Positions 1 to 11,144 of a stretch of 64,000 nucleotides of DNA are shown piece after piece. The DNA lies in assembly GCA_013265495.1 (NCBI GenBank), contig MU058290.1, forward strand, positions 310,001-374,000, in the 5' to 3' direction. How positions within the stretch are numbered: the first letter of the stretch is position 1; each line of letters starts with the position of its first letter. The notes beneath the pieces were generated by a model that saw only the letters and a list, made by a program, of their open reading frames with translations, made no database searches and was not told the origin of the DNA. The position numbers were made by a program, and so were the translations under genes. The stretch is from Vicugna vicugna. Its lineage: Eukaryota.

Positions 1-155
1 GTATAGGACAAGAAAGGAGTGACGTTACACTTTGATTGTATGTCTCAGGCACTTAAAGCTCCCCAGTTTCTTTCTGAGCTACAGACCCAGCACGCTACTC
101 TCATTACGTTCTACAGCAAACTAGCTTGTAGCTGTGCTGCTTACTTCATGCAGGA

Positions 156-350
156 GGTGGCATGGTGAAATGAAAATAAGGAGTTTTGACAGAATTGGGT
201 TTAAATCCTAGCTTTTAATACCTAGGGGGCGTTAGGAAATTGGTTTAACTTCTCTGAGCCTCAAAGTTCCTTGTAAATATGGGGTTGTTGTAAAGTTTGA
301 GTGAAACAATTTCAATAGTTCCTGACAGATTGTAGGAATTTTTAAGAATG
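156..350 (+). mobile_element. MIR SINE remnant
   Basis: MIR core-like motifs gggtttaaatcctagc, tttaacttctctgagcctc and tgtaaatatgggg; boundaries approximate. Confidence 0.6.
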
Positions 351-402
351 ATAGTACTCACTTTGTGTCAGCTTATTTTAGATATACCCACCCTTTAAGG
401 CA

Positions 403-563
403 CTGCTGTCCAGCAGAACTTGCTGTGATGATGGAAATGTTCTATATTTGTACTGTCCAATATGGTACCCATCAGCCACATGAGGCTATTAAGCAATTAA
501 AATGTGACTGAAGAATTTAATTTAATTTAGGCTGTATGTGCTGTTACCTATTGGACGGTGCAA
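403..563. mobile_element. MER3-like hAT-Charlie MITE
   Basis: ctgctgtccagcagaacttgctgtgatgatggaaatgttctatat...attggacggtgca resembles MER3, with degenerate terminal inverted repeats. Confidence 0.65.
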
Positions 564-569
564 TCTTTC

Positions 570-760
570 TTTTGTTGGGATATAATTGACATATAACATT
601 ATATTAGTTCTACTGTACAACATAGTGATTCAGTATTTGTATATTTTTGAAATGATTCCAATAAGTCTAGTTAAGTAAGATCCATCACCACTTTTTCTTC
701 TTGTGATGAGAACTTTTGAGATTACTCTGTTAGCAACTTTCACACATATAATAAATATTA
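570..760 (-). mobile_element. L1 3' end fragment (L1MA-like)
   Basis: tataattgacatataacattatattagtt...gtgatgagaacttttgagattactctgttagcaactttc is an antisense L1 3'UTR. Confidence 0.6.
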
Positions 761-1183
761 TTTTATTTTAAGTACAATTTTAAGGCGCATTCAAGACCTA
801 TCCTTATTCTTCATGAAGCATTCCTTGACCAATGATTCTTCTTAACATTATTTTGCTCTCTCCACCACTTATTTGGTGCTTACCGTGAACATTCATTTTC
901 ATGAGTCTTGTCTTTCCAGCTAGATTGTATTTGAAGTTATGGGTTTTAACTTGCCCATTGCTGCATGAAAAGAAATATGATAAAAATATGATTGTAATAT
1001 TCGTAGTTAATAAGTTTTAAATAATCATTAAATGTAATAGAAAAAATGTTCTAGTTAGTCATTAGGTGAAGAATAGGGAATAATATGAAGGTTGCCTGCA
1101 GTGGTGAACTTTGTGTCAAGTCTGTTTCACCTGAAAGTTGATTACGTTCAAACTCTGAAGAAGAAATTAAAGCGTCTTTCCTA

Positions 1184-1201
1184 TACTGCCATCTTGAGGC
1201 C
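1184..1201 (-). promoter_or_regulatory. Candidate CTCF (and YY1-like) motif
   Basis: Reverse complement reads GGCCTCAAGATGGCAGTA, close to the CTCF core CCASYAGRKGGCRS. Motif match only. Confidence 0.35.
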
Positions 1202-1937
1202 GATTTGGGCTCCAAATGATGCTAATTGAATTTTGCTATGTCAAGAGAAGGTTTTCTTCAGTTCATTGTGATAAAACTTTTATGAAATGTAGAGATTAAA
1301 TACAATTGACATTGGCTCAAATGAAATTGAAACATGCTTTGAAAAAAAGCTATTTCAGATTATCTTCTCATTTATCTGAATCTTACGAGTTCTTAGCTCC
1401 TTCTTTCCTTTTTTAAAAGGATTTTGTGAATTTCATGGCTGTGGTTACCCTGTGAATACAGGTGTTCCCTGCAATCACATACTCTGTGAACTTGAAGAGA
1501 CTGGCAGTAACCCATTCCGTTTACATCCCATCCCCCTGAATTCATTCCTATAGCTGCCAAGCTCTGGTTGCAGTCAGCACATGGCTCCTATCTTTTGCAT
1601 AACTATTCTCTTATTATTAGACTGCTGACTTTTATAACCTTTCAGAGGTTAGTCTTATTGTACAGTTTTACCCAAACTTTTAAATTTATACAAAAGTGGA
1701 GCTTGTATGGAAGTCTTGCCCTAGTCTGCTGTTGAGTTTGGGCATTTGATGACATGCTACAAGTAGATGGGTCAATTTATATTACTGAGTGGAGATTCAA
1801 ATGAAGAATGAACAGTTTTCTTTGAGATTAATTTTCTTTGGGGCTATATGGGTGTGACTTAGTATGGAGTAGGCTGGTGTGCATTTAAGTTTTGTAGTTA
1901 TAACCTTTGTATAATTTTTTCATTTATTATTTTTCAG

Positions 1938-2015
1938 ATATGGTGCCAGATAGTTGATAGATCCTATAGTTCTACTTGATTTCTAGAAAGAAGCCGGATT
2001 CATCTGATACCAGAG
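1938..2015 (+). other. CCNB1IP1: CCNB1IP1 non-coding 5'UTR exon (78 nt)
   Basis: Acceptor tattatttttcag| and donor cagag|gtaagt; lies 190 nt upstream of SNORD126; contains a uORF ATG GTG CCA GAT AGT TGA (1940-1957). Confidence 0.7.
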
Positions 2016-2205
2016 GTAAGTGTAAAAGAAAACCTTCACTTTTTTCTCATTTGGGTTTCTAATCACCTAGCAAGTTTGGGGGCTCAGTTTTCTTAGTGGC
2101 TGAAATTTGGTAGTTGAAGAAGCCTTAGCTCTAAACTTAACAGTGTTCCCCTGGCTTAGGGACAAGGAGCTGGTGCTGGCTTGTCCTTCCTCATCAGTCA
2201 TTTGC

Positions 2206-2282
2206 AGTTTGCCATGATGAAATGCATGTTAAGTCCGTGTTTCAGCTGATTGCCCTGATTAAACACATGCTCTGAGCAGACT
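2206..2282 (+). ncRNA. SNORD126: Box C/D snoRNA SNORD126
   Basis: C box ATGATGA 2214-2220, D' CTGA 2246-2249, D box CTGA 2272-2275, terminal stem cagtttgc/gcagactg. The sequence matches SNORD126 as I recall it, and CCNB1IP1 is its known host. Confidence 0.95.
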
Positions 2283-3027
2283 GAAGCTAGGGCCAAGACC
2301 TGGAATTGAATTCTGCTTCTTGGAATTCTTACTGGGATCTAGCCCGTAAATCTTTGAATGATGAACTTGATACTACAACACTTTGTCATGGTTTGCTCTT
2401 TTGTGATGTCTCTTTGAGATAGACAGAATTAGGGTCAAGAAAAATTGAAACAGAAAAAACACAGATAACTAGTATACTTCTATCAATCACTTAACTTGAC
2501 AGTTTTTAACTAATCACTGTTTTATTAGTCTATATATAAGACTTAAGAATCCCAGAGTTGGTTATATTAGTTTTAAAATCAAGATCATATAATGCAGCAC
2601 TATACAGTCACTTAAAAATTATGATACTGGTTTATCTTTCTTAAAATGGAAGGGTATTCATAATACATTAAATTAGAAACAAGTTACAGAGCAATATGTA
2701 TAATCTTTTTTCTGTTGTAACATTGTAATATACTTATGTTTCCTTGAGAAATCATTTGAAAGGATATACTCAAATAGGAGGGATTATTGTCTCTAGAATT
2801 GGGTTCTTTGGGTGATCTTGTTAACCAGTATTTTCTGACTTTACTATATTCATGTATTGTATAATTTATTTTAAGCAGCCTACATGGCACGGGCTTGTAT
2901 TCTTGCACCTGCAAGTTTCAGCAGAGAATGGGGCTACACATGAGGGTAAAACACAGTAAATACAAATAATTCAAAGTAACATCAGCACTTGAAATAATTT
3001 TTTAGCTTTTGGCTATGTCTTTTGCAG

Positions 3028-3098
3028 AAATGAAATTTCAGGAAACTGAAAATAAATCGAGGTCTCACTTCTTTACCAGTCTGGAACTCTTGGGAGCT
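3028..3098 (+). other. CCNB1IP1: Candidate CCNB1IP1 non-coding cassette exon between the two snoRNAs
   Basis: Acceptor atgtcttttgcag| and donor gagct|gtaagt; splice signals only. Confidence 0.4.
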
Positions 3099-3264
3099 GT
3101 AAGTCTTGAATATACAATATATAACAGCATTTTTGTTTTATAGTAAGGCTTACATTGAAATTGAGAAGCTTTGACATATGTATGAGTCTGTGAAAACTCA
3201 TCTTTGTGACTTCATTGCTAGCTACCAATGTGCTACAAATTTTTAAAGAGTTAGTTAAAAATGA

Positions 3265-3530
3265 GAGGTAGCATTGCATAGTAGTTATACAAGTGTTCTG
3301 AAGTCAGACTGTTCAACTCCATTCTTTATCACTTAAGCAGCTATATAACCTTGGCAAGTTTCTTAACATCTCAGTGTCTTAGTGTCTTTATATCTTAGAT
3401 GATGATAATAATAGTACCTGACACAAAGGAATAGTACTTGACTTTGAAGATTAAGTTAGATAACAATGTGTCGGGTTTAGAGCATTGTTAGCATGTGGTA
3501 AATGCTCAATAGATGTTAGTTATTTTGTCA
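3265..3530 (+). mobile_element. MIR SINE
   Basis: gaggtagcattgcatagtagtt...accttggcaagtttcttaacatctcagtgtcttagt...atgctcaatagatgttagttatt. Confidence 0.7.
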
Positions 3531-3948
3531 TCAGAGTCCATGTGTATTTATCTTAGACTTTGTACTACCTGGCAATTTCTGACATCTGCATAGTAGGATA
3601 TCACAAATGCTTTTTTATTGGTTATGTGCATCTTTCTGCCAGTTGGTCTAATCCCTCATCTTTACCCCTAGCACCTAAAGCCTAATTTAGTTCTAGAATT
3701 AGGCAAAATGTGGTAAGAAGGACTATAGTGTATATATACACTGTATATTTTGTTCCAATAACATTTTCTTAATTAATCTTGTTTTTGGCACTACTTTTAT
3801 CATCTGATTCTTCTTTCTGTCTATCTAGCTTGATCAGTTGATACTTAATGGTTCTTTAAGTTCTTGACTGACAGTCAATTGTAGTGATTGTACTGATGTT
3901 TCTTAAACATTTATTTAAATGCTTATTAAAATGATTGGAGATAATCTT

Positions 3949-4095
3949 TGATGGCTGTTCCTCTCACTGCTTGGAGTCTTAGGTAGTGAGATTTTAGTCC
4001 ATCATATATTAAACTGACTTGTCTTCACTCAGGGCACCATGAGGATGGGTTGGCTGTCCGTTGGTGCCTTCTGATTTTTGCGTAGTCAAACAATT
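3949..4095 (+). ncRNA. SNORA79B: Box H/ACA snoRNA SNORA79 family (SNORA79B)
   Basis: Two hairpins (tgatgg 3949/ccatca 4004; tgact...agtca), H box ATATTA 4006-4011, ACA 4090-4092 three nt from the end, and pockets complementary to U6. Matches SNORA79 as I recall it. Confidence 0.93.
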
Positions 4096-4382
4096 GCAAA
4101 GCAGGTGGTGACTGTAGATTAAGAAAATATCTGTAATTGAAAACCCCCACTAATTTTAAAACAGGAGGATATAATGTATAGGGAACCCTTTGATTGCAAT
4201 AGTGTTTCAATAGCTCTGATCTAGGGCTGTGAAAGAACGAGCTCTAGTTAGTTGATTCTGGGAGTTACTGAAACATATTCTGAAGTCATTCATGTTGAAA
4301 TTTTAAATGGCTTGCTCAGTTTTCTATTGAGTAATTGTTCACACATTTCAAAGCATTATTAAAAATATCTTTTCCTTTGCAG

Positions 4383-4466
4383 CATGAAGGTAGATGATTC
4401 TTCAAGTTAAAGATGGACACTGACTTTTCACACCAGAAATGGCTTATAGAATCATCTTGCCAAAAT
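4383..4466 (+). other. CCNB1IP1: Candidate CCNB1IP1 non-coding exon downstream of SNORA79B
   Basis: Acceptor tcttttcctttgcag| and donor aaaat|gtaaga; splice signals only. Confidence 0.35.
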
Positions 4467-5632
4467 GTAAGAGGCAGCAAAGGAAAGAGGAAAATATTTT
4501 CTTCTATCATTCTTCGATTCTTTGCTAGATTGTAAACTCCATGAAAGCAAGATAACTTGCTTATCTCTAATGCCTGGCCTAGAATAGATACTCAAAAAAT
4601 ATTTGAAGTTATTTGAAATTTCCGTATTTTTTTTTGAATCCCTGGAAAATGGCCACCATTTTAATGGCATTTCAGCAAGACATTTATGTGGAGTAACTGG
4701 GACTTAAATTTTGACTTTGATCTATACACTATTTTGGTACCAATGAGTCTACTTAATATCTGATTATGATGCTCGATCTTTTAAAAGGCAGTGAAGAATA
4801 TCTGCCAAAGCAACCTGTGTATGTGAGGAATAATATACAAAAACTTATTGATATTTAATAGGAAATCCTTTATTATTAATATTTTATTGAAAGCCTTATT
4901 GGACATTTATTATAGATTTAAATTGGACATACCAGTCAAGTATGAAGAAAAAGTCATTTTTTCTGCTGTATATTTAATGTTGAAATATTCTCAACTGTTT
5001 TGGCTCAATTATACTCAGAATTTTTTGCTCTATGTACTTTATTTATATCTGTGAGGGTATATTTAACATGTAAGGGTACAAAATATACATCCGAACATAA
5101 ATCACTGTGTTGGAATGAGATGTAATACTCATGCTTATGCCAGAATCACGATTGGTATGCGACTATAATAAATTCTGTTAGAATATGAAACCTATTCTTT
5201 AATTAGGATTCTTCTATTAAAACAAATATAAATATCAAATTAGTTTTATGTTATTTTTTGAGGGGGGTAATTATGTTTATTTAGTGGTTTAAGTGATAGG
5301 TAAGCACAAATTGTGCTGTCAGTTTATCCCAATGCCTTATGTTAGGGAGAATGGATTAAAGATCTATAAATTAAAAGCAAAACTTTAAACCCATAGAAAA
5401 GCAAAGAATATGACACTGGAGTAAACACAAAGCACAAAAAGGAAAGACTGATAAATCTGTGTACACTAAAATTCAAACTTATGTTTGTATGCCATGTAAC
5501 TGACAAAGACTCCTTTTAAATCAAGAAAATGATCAAAAGATATGAATACGCAATTCATAGATGAGGATCTCTGAGTAGTCATTCACATGAAAAGATGCTT
5601 AATAACTAGTAATGAAAGAAGTGCACATTAAT

Positions 5633-6250
5633 TAGGTGCAGCCAGTATGGAAAACAGTATGGAGATTCCTTAAAAAACTAAAAACAGTTACTGTATGATC
5701 CAACAATCCTACCACTGGGCATGTATCTGGACAAAACTCCACTGGAAAAGATACATGCACCCCCAATGTTCATAACATTTACAATAGCCAACAATGGAAG
5801 CAACTTAAATGTCCATCAACAGATGATTGGATAAAGAAGATGTGATATATATAGCCATAAAAAAGAATAAAATAATGCCATTTGCAGCAACATGGATGGA
5901 TCTAGACATCATCAAACTAAGTGAAGTAAGTCAGATGGAGAAAGACAAATATATGCTATCACTTATATATGGAATCTAAAAAAATGACACAAGTGAACTT
6001 ATTTACAAAACAGAGACTTAGACATAGAAAACAAACTTATGGTTACCAAAGGGGAATGTGGGGAGGGATAAATTGGGAGTTTGAGATTCGCAGATACAAA
6101 CTACTATACACAGAATAGATAAACAACACAAGGCCCTACTGTATAGCACAGGGAACTATATTCAATAGTTTGTAATTACCTATAATAAAAATAAGACATA
6201 TGTACATATAACTGAATATGCTGGATGACAAACTAACATTATAAATTAAG
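5633..6250 (+). mobile_element. L1 ORF2 end and 3'UTR (artiodactyl-type), nested in older L1 sequence (about 5340-6960)
   Basis: ggtgcagccagtatggaaaacagtatggag...ctactgtatagcacagggaactatattcaata is a typical L1 3' end. Confidence 0.85.
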
Positions 6251-7410
6251 TAGACTTCACTTAAAACGCTGAGATACCATTTCACTGCTATCAATAGGCA
6301 GAAATGAAAACCAAACAAAACAACCCTGACACTTAAACATGTTGCTGAGGTTGCAGTAGTGGACTCTCATCTTTGCTGGTGGCAGTGAAATTTATGTTAC
6401 TACTTTGGAGATTGGTTTGGCAACATCTAGTTTATTTGAAGATGGTTATATATCCAGTCTTTGGGTATCCTATAGGAGTTCTTGACGGGTACTCAAGGAG
6501 ACATGTACAGAAAGTTCATTGCAGTAATCTTTATAAAAGCCTAAAACCAGTGTTCATTAGAAGAAAGAATAGATAAATTGTGGTATGTTTATAGCAATTA
6601 GCTGTTAAAATGGATTAATACAAGGTATTAAATTTACATCTCAAAAACAATAAGTTAATAGCCAACTGATAGCGTATTATGTGAGAAGATTTAGTGGTTT
6701 TAGAACATGCAAAGTTTGATGTATACACATACACTGAAAGCATAAAAGCAAGCATGAGAATGATTAACACCAAAATCTGGCTTGTTTACTTCTGGAGAGG
6801 TGGGAGGAAAATGGGACTCCTCAATCACAGGAGAGGGTTCAGTTGGATCTGCAGCTTGTTACCTTGCTGAAAAATATCAAATGTGAGAAAGTTTGGATTT
6901 ATTAAAGCTGAGTGATGGTCATTCTCCACGCTTCTGATATGCTTGATATTTAATAATAAAAACAAATATTTAAAAAGCTTTTTTGGTGGATGGGTCTCTA
7001 TTCTAGCCCGACTGATTTCAGTAATATCCCCAGGAGTACCTTAGAAATGAGCCATGGAAAGGTTTGTCTATGCCATGAAAGGACACATGCCACCAAGAAA
7101 CAGGTTAGGTCAGTTCCCAATGTTCTGGACTACAAGGATATTAAGACTTTATAACTCCCTCCCTTTTTTCTATCTGGCAAAACATGTTGGCCCTCCCACT
7201 TCCCCCCTTCCCCGCCAATGTATGTATATGTATATATTTTATTCCTACAGTATTTTAGCCAAATGTGTTGGAAATCGGAAATTGAAAGACAATGGTGTGG
7301 GTAACACTAAGGTTTGGGGAATCAATAGCATGATCTTGATGAAGCAGAAAGGGATCATACTGCAGCACAAAGGTAACTTAGCTGCAATCAAAGTTAGGGA
7401 CGGGTCAAAA

Positions 7411-7565
7411 TTTTTTTTAATTCAATTTCATTTTTGTTCGTTGTTTTGCGGGGTGGGGGAAGATTAGGTTTTTAAAAAATTTATTTTAATGGAGGTGCTG
7501 GGGATTGAATCCAGCACCTTGTGCATGCTAAGCACATGTTCTACCACTGAGCTACACTTGCCCTC
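7411..7565 (-). mobile_element. tRNA-Ala-derived SINE (Vic-1-like, camelid)
   Basis: Reverse strand gtgtagctcagtggtagaacatgtgcttagcatgcacaaggtgctggattcaatccccagcacctcca followed by an A-rich/C-rich tail; degenerate target duplication ggtcaaaattt/ggtcgaattt. Confidence 0.85.
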
Positions 7566-8499
7566 TGGTACTGGTCGAATTTGAATGCTTTGTGTTTTAT
7601 AACTTGAAATGAGATTGTACATTATTATTGTACTTTAAGTAATATTTCTACATTTGGCGTAGTTAAAACCAGAAAATCCACAAAAGGCTCAGATAGTCAA
7701 AACATGTTAGGGATTACATGGATTACACATGAACCCCTAATCTTCAACAAACCCATTTTGTACCACTAGAATTAAGGTACTATTCTAAACTCTCAGAAGA
7801 CATTTTAGGAAAAGTGTACAAAGGCCAAGATGATCCTGATTACTGTGAACCAGTTGCAAACAGACAAAAAACTAGCAGAAAGTTGTTTAATTACAGTAGG
7901 GTTTTTTTTTTTTTTTTTTTTGGAGAAAGGTTTAGTATACAGATTCACAACCCCTAAAGGGGTTTGCTGGGCTGAGCGTCCATTGTGTTGATTTATTGGA
8001 TTGTATTTTGCTAATTCATACCAGTGTCACATCATCAGGAAAGGTGGCTACACAAGACAGCATTAAGGCTTATATTCTGAGGACGCCTCATGCTCTCCTC
8101 AGCTTAATTTCTAATATGAATTCCATACAGATTGAGCAGAAAGTCATACAGTGAGCACAGAACAGAAAAGAAAGTCATAGGTAACAGCATTAGGTTAAAA
8201 CAGGTACAAACATTTAAACAATTATAAGCAGGCCCAGGAAAGCACACAGGCAGATCACCTCAAAAAAGCTGTGACATCCGATCTTATCATTTCAAGAGTT
8301 GTAATTAGTGTTCATAATGCAGACTCTAAATCAAGGAAAGTTCTTTAAATGTATATAGAGGATGTGTAAAAGCTGGAAAGAAACCTATTTCAAGATGGAT
8401 TAAAAAATACCCAGGCAGAATCTACTTCAATGTGGAGGTGTTACTTGTCCAAGTATAGGTATTCCATAATTTCGGGGAAGTTTTCCTGAAATACGAAAG

Positions 8500-9060
8500 C
8501 CTGTGCTGCCCAGCGGTACTCCCCAAATTTTCCCGGGACAAACACCTGCGTGTACTCAGAGGCTAACTTCTCAATCGCCCCCCAAACCCCCTCGGCTCTG
8601 ACCTCAAAGGTTGGGTCCATGACAGCTTGGACGTCACTCCTGTGCCAGTCGAGGGCTTAAAAAGGCACACAATGACAGTATCTGCGGGGCTCCCAAGTGG
8701 GAAACCTAGACCAGGCTCCGTTAGCTTCGTGCACTGAGATGCGCGTTCGGGTGGGCGTGCCGCCCACAGTCCCGTGGCCACAGCCGGCGGGTCCCAGCAT
8801 CCTGAGCGGCGGGAACCCTGTCGCCCACTACCCAGCAGGCCCCGGGGCGCTTCCGCGCCTGCGCCCTCGGACGTGGTGGTGACGCCCCCGGCGAATCCTC
8901 GCTCGTCGTGGACTTGAGGAGGCAACGGCGTTTTCCCGCGCTTTTTCTGGACGCCTCAGGTTAGGTATTTTATTTATATTATTATTGTTGATATTCTCTC
9001 TGTCGAGCGTGGAAAGCAGGCCGCGAATTTGAAGTTTTGGTGAGTCTAATTCTCAAACTT
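8500..9060 (+). promoter_or_regulatory. CCNB1IP1: CpG island: internal promoter and alternative first exon of CCNB1IP1
   Basis: Dense CpG; CRE-like gacgtca about 8630, E2F-type GGCGGGAA 8808-8815 and TTTTCCCGCG 8931-8940, NRF1-like GCGCCTGCGC 8855-8864, MYB-like CAACGG 8923-8928, donor ctcag|gttagg at 8959/8960, CHR-like TTTGAA 9028-9033. Confidence 0.75.
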
Positions 9061-9636
9061 TGGTCTTCTGTAACTTGGACAGATTACTAAATTGGCTCTC
9101 CCCCCCCGCCACCACCTTGTGGAAAATTTGGAATTAGCTGCGCTTCTCTCTCTGCCTGAGGAGGGTCTCAGCTTCCAAATTGTCCCCAGCTCTTCCCCAA
9201 TGCACATGACCCAGCTGGAGGTAAATTAGACCTCATAACTCCCGCTACCAGGTGCCACACACCTGTGGAGACTCACTCAGCGGGGACATTGGGGTTCAGG
9301 GGTCAGAGCGTCTTTGTCCACCCCTAGGACCAAGGCAGCAGTCTTGACAGATTTTACCAGTTCACAAATGTGAACATTGTCCCTTGGCATATAATTAGTG
9401 TGTTACTGTTGTTTTATACAATATATGACTTATTTTGATATGCTCAGAATATGGCTGCCTAGTTTGGGTTAGTAAAACGCCAGTGAGAGAGGGCACTATG
9501 TTGAATAATAACTGAATCAAGTGTATTTGTATAGCTTTACAAATGTTTTAAATAGAAGCATCACATCGAATAGTATTTATATTAATAGATGAATTGTTTA
9601 ATTCGTGATACAATCTGCTTTTATATATATTTTCAG

Positions 9637-9726
9637 GCTTCATAATGATCAGGTACTTGGATGAATTAGGTTAGTTTCCATTTAATACTATCAGGTTACT
9701 ACTCTTTTTTAGTCAAGGCAACACAG
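9637..9726 (+). other. CCNB1IP1: Candidate CCNB1IP1 non-coding exon
   Basis: Acceptor tattttcag| and donor acacag|gtaaag (internal alternative donor tcag|gtactt at 9652/9653). Confidence 0.4.
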
Positions 9727-10187
9727 GTAAAGAATCTGAGGGATCAGCATATGTGCAAAAACTAAAAATGTAACTTAAAATACTTTGCACTAAAGAATAA
9801 CTGAAATCAGTGCCTGGACTTTTATATCTGCCAAGTGTGACAAGTGATATTAAAATATTCTAGCAAATTATGAATGGGTAACAAATGTGGATTTTTGTTT
9901 AGATATTGAGGCATGGCAAAAAGCACTAATTTAATTTTTATTTGTTTGTACCTTGTCAATGTTCCTAAACCTTTTTTTCCACAAACATTTTATCTTTGAC
10001 TTGTAAGTGAGATTTGAAACACCTGTGTCTTTAACTTTTTCCTTAAAAATTTTTTTCATGGTCTTTGTAGTGGTTTGCACAAAGGAGCACAATGTTGTTG
10101 ACTGATTGAAATCACTAGGATAAATTGATTATAATAAATATAAAAACATAATAAAAGGTACATTATTTTGTCATCATAAAATGAAGA

Positions 10188-10263
10188 CTTCCTTTCCTCC
10201 CTCCCTCTTTTCTTTCTTTCTTCCTTTCCTTCCTTCCTCCCTTCCTTCCTTCCTCTCTCTCTT

Positions 10264-10296
<33 letters not shown>

Positions 10297-10326
10297 CTTT
10301 TCCTTCTTTCCTTCTTTCTTTCTTTC
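10188..10326 (+). repeat. (TTTC/TTCC)n polypyrimidine microsatellite
   Basis: About 140 nt of pure C/T directly upstream of the first coding exon acceptor region. Confidence 0.95.
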
Positions 10327-10401
10327 ATTTTACTGCAATTTGACTTTTTCGTTTACCCCTTATTAGGATTCTTTCAGCATCTGGAGACCTCATTGTCTAC
10401 C

Positions 10402-10698
10402 ATGTCTTTGTGTGAAGACATGCTGCTTTGTAATTATCGCAAGTGTCGCATCAAACTCTCTGGTTATGCATGGGTCACTGCCTGCTCTCACATATTCTGT
10501 GATCAGCATGGCAGTGGTGAGTTTAGCCGTTCACCAGCTATCTGCCCTGCCTGCAACAGTACTCTTTCTGGAAAGCTAGATATTGTCCGCACAGAACTCA
10601 GTCCATCAGAGGAATATAAAGCCATGGTATTGGCAGGACTTCGACCAGAGATTGTGTTGGACATTAGCTCCCGAGCATTGGCCTTCTGGACATATCAG
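10402..10698 (+). CDS. CCNB1IP1: CCNB1IP1/HEI10 E3 ubiquitin ligase, coding exon 1 (RING domain)
   Basis: MSLCEDMLLCNYRKCRIKLSGYAWVTACSHIFCDQHG...CPAC; acceptor tattag| at 10366, Kozak accATG, donor cag|gttagt. join(10402-10698,13321-13654,15492-15694) = 834 nt = 277 aa. Confidence 0.98.
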
Positions 10699-11144
10699 GT
10701 TAGTGCTTAGGCTGGTTTCTTTGGAGAGTATGATTTCCATTTATTCACTCTTTTTCCTATTTAGTCATTCAACATATATATTTTTTTGAATACCACGAAA
10801 TACCTATATCTCACTTACCTTCTTAGGTGCTGGGTATACAGTAATGAACAAAACATAATGAGCTTCAAGAAAGCTACAGTTTAGTGGTGATAAAGATGAA
10901 GAGGAAACCTAGACATTTACAATATGTTTTTAATGCCTACGATGATAAGGGAAGTAGCAAGTACTATGGGACCACATAATAGGGACAGGTAACCCAGACT
11001 TAGTAGAGTTATATCAAATTGTAACTCTAGAATGAGGCAAATTAAAAATGGTTAAGAAAAAGAAAAGTTGTCATATTTCACTTTCTATCAATATTTAAGA
11101 GCAGTGAATCCAAAGATAAGCCAAAATTGGTTTCTGTGTGTAGT

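Noticed and set aside
1435..1585. Two weak hairpins ending near an ACA, possible third snoRNA
   Set aside because: No convincing H box in the hinge, imperfect stems and no recognised family.
7490..7565. tRNA-Ala-like sequence (also 44418-44494)
   Set aside because: Both have SINE tails, target-site duplications and degenerate stems; they are Vic-1-type SINEs, not tRNA genes.
7902..8110. Poly(T)-headed segment with small hairpins, possible retrocopy
   Set aside because: No target duplication found, the minus-strand AATAAA is about 70 nt from the tail, and no parent recognised.
8563..8925. 120-aa minus-strand ORF in the CpG island
   Set aside because: GC-rich stop-poor sequence, non-ATG start and no recognisable domain.
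10056..10328. Lys/Glu/Arg-rich ORF (also the Phe/Ser/Leu-rich ORFs at 10181-10366 and 46109-46609)
   Set aside because: Translations of pyrimidine/purine microsatellites.
10393..10401. ORF-track start upstream of the CCNB1IP1 ATG
   Set aside because: It is a TTG; the accATG at 10402 gives the expected 277-aa protein.
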